From an uncultured Acetatifactor sp. (lineage in GTDB: Bacteria > Bacillota > Clostridia > Lachnospirales > Lachnospiraceae), in NCBI GenBank assembly GCA_964588645.1, contig CAZPRB010000003.1:9553-73552 (forward strand): a DNA stretch of 64,000 bases. Reading direction: 5' to 3'. Of this stretch, positions 58,616 through 64,000 are shown piece by piece. Under the pieces are notes generated by a model. It saw only the letters and a program-made list of their open reading frames with translations. It searched no databases and was not told where the DNA came from. Numbering within the stretch: position 1 is the first letter of the stretch; every line of letters starts with the position of its first letter. Position numbers and translations under genes: made by a program.

Positions 58616-59299
58616 TTATAAATACGCCAGTTCTCTAAAGCTAGTATACCTGTTATCGCCAATAATAATGTGGTCAAGTAACGGAATATCCATTTTTTCT
58701 CCCAGCATTCTGACGTTTTCCGTCAATTCCGTATCCGAACGGCTGGGCGTAGGGTCACCGCTTGGATGGTTATGCACCAAAATAATACTGACCGCCTTGC
58801 ACTGAAGTGCCTCCAAAAAGATTTCTCTCGGTGAAATGAGAGACATATTAACACTTCCGTCCGACAGCTTTTTCTCTTGAAGCAGCTGTCCCTTGGAATC
58901 CAGACATACCAGTACTACACACTCCGTACTGCGGTGTCTGAGCGATTCCATAAAGTAATCTGCAACCGATTGGGAATTGGTAAAGCATAGCCCCTCTCTG
59001 GCAGTTGCTCTGCTGATTCTCATGGACAGCTCGGTGAGACATTTTAATTTAACCGCCTTCACCATACCGATTCCCTTAATACTCATCAATTCTTCAAGGG
59101 TAACATCATAGAGTCCAAGAATTCCTTCCCGTGGATATTTGGCAAGAGCAAGCACCTGTCCTGCGAGCTGCAGTGCACTGGATTCCTTTGTACCGGTTCT
59201 AAGGATAATGGCAATCAGTTCTCTCTCCGTAAGATGCTCCGGTCCAAACCTCATAAATCTCTCATAAGGCATATCCTGTGTCTGTAATTGTTCCTTCAT
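58616..59299 (-). CDS. radC: RadC / JAB-domain protein
   Basis: PYER, HhH (GIGMVKA), PREIF, HNHPSGDPTPS and LLDHII motifs. Confidence 0.95.
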   Translation of the reverse strand: MKEQLQTQDMPYERFMRFGPEHLTERELIAIILRTGTKESSALQLAGQVLALAKYPREGILGLYDVTLEELMSIKGIGMVKAVKLKCLTELSMRISRATAREGLCFTNSQSVADYFMESLRHRSTECVVLVCLDSKGQLLQEKKLSDGSVNMSLISPREIFLEALQCKAVSIILVHNHPSGDPTPSRSDTELTENVRMLGEKMDIPLLDHIIIGDNRYTSFRELAYL

Positions 59300-59385
59300 G
59301 CGTCTCCTTCTACCTTCTCCGACGCAATTTGAGAATTGATTTCTCCATATAATCTGCCCAATTAACTTCTGTTTTCATCCGGTAC

Positions 59386-59625
59386 TTATCGGATAAATTT
59401 ATATACTACCAAGGAAATAATCACACCTATTACACTGGCAATTGTTATCTGAATCTTCAAGCCAAAGGTAAGTATAATAAATCCCAAATCAAGCTCTATC
59501 GGATTGCTGAGACCGAAGGACTGTCCGTAATTCAGAAAACTTCCTTCAAAATAGGTTCCGATAAACCTTCCAACCACAAATCCAACCAACACCAGAAGCA
59601 CTAATACCCAGTTTACTCTCTTCAA
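59386..59625 (-). CDS. DUF4321-like small membrane protein
   Basis: TM, LNYGQSFGL, LDLG...ITIASVIG; upstream of radC; GGGAGG RBS. Confidence 0.8.
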   Translation of the reverse strand: MKRVNWVLVLLVLVGFVVGRFIGTYFEGSFLNYGQSFGLSNPIELDLGFIILTFGLKIQITIASVIGVIISLVVYKFIR

Positions 59626-59792
59626 GGCAGTTCCTCCCTTATCATTTGTTACAGAAGCAAAAGGTAAGACAAAAAAATATGCTTCATACGTCTCTTAATA
59701 GTACCACAAAACAAACTTGATGTACACAAAATTCATAGATTTTATTTTGCGGAATTTCTACAAAATTTCATTATAATCGCCGCCGCACTTTT

Positions 59793-61097
59793 CTAATCCG
59801 ACAAGGAAGCTTCCGTCACCAATCCCTTATTCACCAGAGACTGCAAGGACATCAGAATGCCGAATTTAGCATGTTGCCAGGTGAGTCCGCCCTGAAAATA
59901 AACTGCATAAGGGGACTTGATAGGGCCGTCGGCAGACAGTTCAATGGAGGAACCGGATACAAAGGCTCCCGCCGCCATGATTACCTTGGCATCATAGCCC
60001 GGCATATCCCAGGGCTCCGGTGTCACAAAGCTATCCACCGGTGCTGCAGCCTGAATTCCTTCACAGAACGCAATCACTCCCTCCGGGTTTCCGAAGGTTA
60101 CCGCCTGAATAATGTCATGCCTGCTCTCCGTACCGTTGGGTACGACACCGAAGCCAAGCCTTTCATATATGTTTGCCGCAAAGATTGCTCCCTTTAACGC
60201 TCCTGCAGTTACCGTTGGTGCCAGAAAAAATCCCTGATAGAAATTGGTCATAACTCCCAGGGATGCACCAACTTCCTTTCCCAATCCGGGGGATGTGAGA
60301 CGATATGCCGCATTTTCCACACATTCTTTTTTACCGGCAATATAGCCTCCGATGGGAGCAAGACCACCGCCGGGATTCTTAATCAGGGAACCAACAACCA
60401 TATCCGCTCCCATATCAGAGGGCTCCACGGTCTCCACAAATTCTCCGTAACAGTTATCCACCATACAGATAACATCCGGTTTGATATCCTTGATGAACCG
60501 AATCAGTTCTCCGATTCTCGCTACAGAAAGCGTAGGTCTGGTCTGATATCCTTTGGAACGCTGAATGGTGACCAGCCTTGTCTTATCATGAATGTTTTTC
60601 CGTATGTTTTCATAATCAAAGCTTCCGTCCGGCAGTAAATCCACCTGTCTGTAAGTCACTCCATACTCGGCTAAAGACCCCTTGGAGGGACGGATGCCGA
60701 TTACCTCTTCCAAGGTATCATAGGGTTTTCCCACCGGAGAAAGCAGTTCATCCCCGGGTCTTAAATTACTCATCAGTGCCAGAGCAAGCGCATGGGTTCC
60801 GCAGGTGATCTGAGGACGTACCAGCGCATCTTCTGTATGAAATACCTTGGCATAGACAGCCTCCAGTGTATCTCTTCCCAAATCATTATACCCATATCCC
60901 GTGGTTCCCAACAGACAGGCTTCACTGACCTGATTCTCCTGCATCGCCTTCAGAACCTTTAACTGATTGTATTCTGCATTGGCATCAATTTCCGCAAACC
61001 GTTCCTGCAAGCTTTCTATAATACGCTCCCCGTAACGGTAGACCGCCTCGCTGATTCCCATGGAACTATAGATTTCCTTCATTTGATTCTCTTTCAT
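59793..61097 (-). CDS. Methionine gamma-lyase family (YnbB / aluminium-resistance) PLP enzyme
   Basis: GYGYND, GTHA, QRSKGY, VDNCYGEF, SLIKNPGG and ELSADGP motifs. Confidence 0.93.
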   Translation of the reverse strand: MKENQMKEIYSSMGISEAVYRYGERIIESLQERFAEIDANAEYNQLKVLKAMQENQVSEACLLGTTGYGYNDLGRDTLEAVYAKVFHTEDALVRPQITCGTHALALALMSNLRPGDELLSPVGKPYDTLEEVIGIRPSKGSLAEYGVTYRQVDLLPDGSFDYENIRKNIHDKTRLVTIQRSKGYQTRPTLSVARIGELIRFIKDIKPDVICMVDNCYGEFVETVEPSDMGADMVVGSLIKNPGGGLAPIGGYIAGKKECVENAAYRLTSPGLGKEVGASLGVMTNFYQGFFLAPTVTAGALKGAIFAANIYERLGFGVVPNGTESRHDIIQAVTFGNPEGVIAFCEGIQAAAPVDSFVTPEPWDMPGYDAKVIMAAGAFVSGSSIELSADGPIKSPYAVYFQGGLTWQHAKFGILMSLQSLVNKGLVTEASLSD

Positions 61098-61116
61098 AAG
61101 TATTCTTAGACTCCTT

Positions 61117-62064
61117 TTATATCACATTTGCCCGCTTGCATTGCTCCAGCATATAGCATAATATCTTCTCTTCATCATAGTCAAATTGATTCTTATCTAC
61201 CCAGATGACATCCTTCTCACGCCGAAACCATGTCAATTGCCTTTTGGCAAAATGACGGGTATCCCGCTTCAGAACGGAGACAGCCTCCTCCAAAGACACT
61301 TCCCCCTCCAGATATGCCAGCATCTCTTTATAACCCAGCCCCTGCATGGATACCATACCTCTGTGACACCCCATATCACGAAGCTTAACCACCTCATCCA
61401 CAAGCCCCTGACTAAGCATTTCATCAATACGCTCTTCAATTCTTAGATAGAGCTTTTCCCGCTCATCATTCAAAACAAAGTAACAGGAACGATATGCACT
61501 TTCCTTCTGCTTCTCCTGCGCATTATGGGCAGAAATCGGTTCTCCGGTAAGCTTGAAATATTCCAAGGCTCGAATGGTTCGCTTTACATTATTTGTATGA
61601 ATAGCGCCGGCAGATACAGGGTCCACCTGCTGTAACATTTCATGTAATACCTCTGCGCCCTGTTGGACTGCCAGCTTCTCAAGGCTCTCCCGATATTCCG
61701 TATTCTCCTCATTTTCGGTAAAATCAATATCCCGAAGCAGAGCTTGGATATAAAAACCTGTGCCTCCGGTTACTATGGGAATATGCCCACGGTCGTAAAT
61801 GTCAGTAAGACACTTCTCGCATTTCTGTTTGAAAACAACCACATTAAAATCATCCCACGGCTCCAAAATATCAATCAGATGATGAGGAACACCCTGCATC
61901 TGTTCCGAAGTTATTTTTGCAGAACCGATGTCCATATATTTATAAACCTGCATGGAATCAGCAGAGATAATTTCACCGTTTACCGCCTTTGCCAATGCAA
62001 TAGACAATTTTGTCTTTCCCACAGCTGTAGGTCCTGTGAGAACAATCATGGGTTTTTTATCCAT
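61117..62064 (-). CDS. miaA: tRNA dimethylallyltransferase
   Basis: GPTAVGKT, SADSMQVY, GGTGFY and AKRQLTWFR motifs. Confidence 0.98.
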   Translation of the reverse strand: MDKKPMIVLTGPTAVGKTKLSIALAKAVNGEIISADSMQVYKYMDIGSAKITSEQMQGVPHHLIDILEPWDDFNVVVFKQKCEKCLTDIYDRGHIPIVTGGTGFYIQALLRDIDFTENEENTEYRESLEKLAVQQGAEVLHEMLQQVDPVSAGAIHTNNVKRTIRALEYFKLTGEPISAHNAQEKQKESAYRSCYFVLNDEREKLYLRIEERIDEMLSQGLVDEVVKLRDMGCHRGMVSMQGLGYKEMLAYLEGEVSLEEAVSVLKRDTRHFAKRQLTWFRREKDVIWVDKNQFDYDEEKILCYMLEQCKRANVI

Positions 62065-62140
62065 TTGTTCTACTCCTCCGCTCAGGTAATCTTCCTTCTA
62101 TTATTCTATCATCATTCTATCATTGCAATTTCGCACTATC

Positions 62141-63979
62141 TTATACGATACGCTTGAATTTCTTCTCCAGTTCCGTTTTGGTCATGGTAATAATGGTAGG
62201 CCTGCCATGCGGACAGTTATAGGGATTATCCAGCGTAAGCAGCTCATCAATCAATCGCTCCGCTTCCTTCGGACTCAGTCTGTTATTGCCCTTTACCGCA
62301 GCCTTACAGGACATGGAAGCGATTTTCTCCTCCACCACACGGATATTGCTTCTGCCGCTCTCACACAATTCATCCAGAACCTCCAGAAACATTTCCTTCT
62401 CGCCGCATCCGTACAAATCCATAGGCACACTTCTCAGGGCATACTCCGAGCCACCGAAGGCCTCCACCTCAAAGCCAAGGTTTATAAAGGCTTCCTCATA
62501 TTCCTGAAAGACTGTCTCCTCCTGACCGGAAAGACTTACAATTACAGGCGGCATCAGATTCTGGGAAACAATCTTTTTCTCATGGTACTGCTTCATGAAA
62601 CGTTCATATTTTACTTTTTCATGGGCTGCATGCTGATCAATGATAAACAATTTATCTTCATACTGAATCAGCCAATAGGTGTCAAATACCTGCCCGATGA
62701 TGTGATATCGGGTACGGTTTTCTACAGAAAGGAGCTTTTCCTCAAAAAGATTCAACTGCTCCGCAGGATTCTTCTGAAAGTCCTTTTGTACAGGCATGGC
62801 TGCCTGATAACGTGCCTCTTCCATCACACGGTACTCGGACTCACGCTTCTTTTCAAAAGGCTCAGGGGTATGAATTTTCTGTGCCTCTTTGACAGCCAGT
62901 GCCTCCGCCTTTTGTTCCGCCTTCTCATCGACCAGCGTAGCTTCCGGAATCATTTCCCGGTCTTTCAAGGCGTCACGGACAGCCTCCGACAGCATGTTAC
63001 TGAAAGCAAGAGGATTGCTGAACCGCACATCCATTTTGGTAGGGTGCACATTCACATCCACATTACAGGGCTCCATCTCAATATGAAGGATGCACAAGGG
63101 AAACTTGTGCTGCATCAGATATTCTTTATAGCCCTCTTCAATTGCTCCGGCTATCACATCACTTTTAATAAATCGGCCATTGATATAGTATATTTCAAAA
63201 TTACGGTTAGAGCGAACCAATACCGGTTTCCCCAGGAAACCATCAATACGCACGCCATCCTGTTCAAACCGGATAGGCACCAGTGCATTCGCCGCTTCCC
63301 TGCCGTAAATCCGATAAATGACCTCCCGCAAATCGCCGTTCCCGGAAGTGTGGAAACGGGTCTGATTCCCCAATACCAGCTTAAAGGATATATCCGGTCT
63401 GGAAAGCGCCAGATGCTCCATCAAATCTGCGATATATCCGCCTTCCGTGGCAGGCTGTTTTAAAAACTTACGGCGTACCGGCGTGTTAAAGAAAAGATTC
63501 CGCATGATAAAGGTGGTCCCCTCCGGTGCGCCAATCTCTTCAAAAGCTTTCTCAACTGCGCCCTCCATGATAAAACGGACACCGGTCAGATTATTATTAG
63601 TCTTAGTAATCAATTCCACCTTGGAAACGGCCGCAATACTGGAAAGTGCCTCCCCTCGGAATCCCAGACTGGAAATCCGTGTCAGGTCATCCGCATTCTC
63701 TATTTTGCTGGTGGCATGACGCAAAAATGCCGTTCTTATCTGGTTGACCTCCATACCGCTGCCATTATCGGTCACTCGGATAAATTCTATGCCGCCCTCC
63801 TTGGCTTCCACAGTGATTGCAGTTGCTCCGGCATCCACGGCATTTTCCACCAGTTCCTTCACGACGCTGGCGGGTCTCTCCACCACCTCGCCGGCTGCAA
63901 TCTTATCAATTGTCTCTGAATCCAGAATATGTATTTGTGGCACTTCTGCCACCTCCTTTTTCTTCGTCTTCCCCGACAT
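62141..63979 (-). CDS. mutL: DNA mismatch repair endonuclease MutL
   Basis: IAAGEVVERP, GFRGEAL, DVNVHPTK, DQHAAHE, SCK and CPHGRP motifs. Confidence 0.98.
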   Translation of the reverse strand: MSGKTKKKEVAEVPQIHILDSETIDKIAAGEVVERPASVVKELVENAVDAGATAITVEAKEGGIEFIRVTDNGSGMEVNQIRTAFLRHATSKIENADDLTRISSLGFRGEALSSIAAVSKVELITKTNNNLTGVRFIMEGAVEKAFEEIGAPEGTTFIMRNLFFNTPVRRKFLKQPATEGGYIADLMEHLALSRPDISFKLVLGNQTRFHTSGNGDLREVIYRIYGREAANALVPIRFEQDGVRIDGFLGKPVLVRSNRNFEIYYINGRFIKSDVIAGAIEEGYKEYLMQHKFPLCILHIEMEPCNVDVNVHPTKMDVRFSNPLAFSNMLSEAVRDALKDREMIPEATLVDEKAEQKAEALAVKEAQKIHTPEPFEKKRESEYRVMEEARYQAAMPVQKDFQKNPAEQLNLFEEKLLSVENRTRYHIIGQVFDTYWLIQYEDKLFIIDQHAAHEKVKYERFMKQYHEKKIVSQNLMPPVIVSLSGQEETVFQEYEEAFINLGFEVEAFGGSEYALRSVPMDLYGCGEKEMFLEVLDELCESGRSNIRVVEEKIASMSCKAAVKGNNRLSPKEAERLIDELLTLDNPYNCPHGRPTIITMTKTELEKKFKRIV

Positions 63980-64000
63980 CTGTTATTTTATGAAACAATA

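Noticed and set aside
62095-62125. Short ATTCTATC-type repeats between mutL and miaA
   Set aside because: Low-complexity and too short to distinguish from chance.
62123-63463. 446-aa antisense ORF opposite mutL
   Set aside because: Same shadow-ORF effect; it overlaps a conserved gene almost completely.
1-64000. Polarised GAGAAG (KOPS/SRS-like) motifs pointing to the centre
   Set aside because: Confounded by Glu-Lys codons on the coding strand; cannot be supported without a codon-controlled count.

Overview
Core-genome segment of a spore-forming Clostridia (Lachnospiraceae-like) chromosome with about 66 CDS. I saw no rRNA, tRNA, CRISPR, prophage or IS element. Genes run almost entirely on + from 1-32.3 kb (recG, parE/parC-like, rsmD-coaD, recU, his operon, MoxR-DUF58, radical SAM pair, rng). 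They run on - from 37.8-64 kb (mutL, miaA, radC-mreBCD-pbp2-minCDE-rodA, sepF, aroB, lspA, rplU-prp-rpmA-obg-nadD). The two arms converge on an AT-rich centre holding ttcA, a single 356-aa Xer-type recombinase, yneA and lexA, which looks like the replication terminus. Main observations: (1) a probable single-recombinase Xer/dif system with candidate sites; (2) an MreB lacking its catalytic Glu and Asp; (3) a catalytically degenerate HisF-like barrel fused to HisI-HisE under a tandem HisR-like operator; (4) an inferred ~12 kb terminus-centred inversion; (5) short tandem duplications that recur at gene 3' ends. All calls come from motif recognition by eye; no database searches were run.
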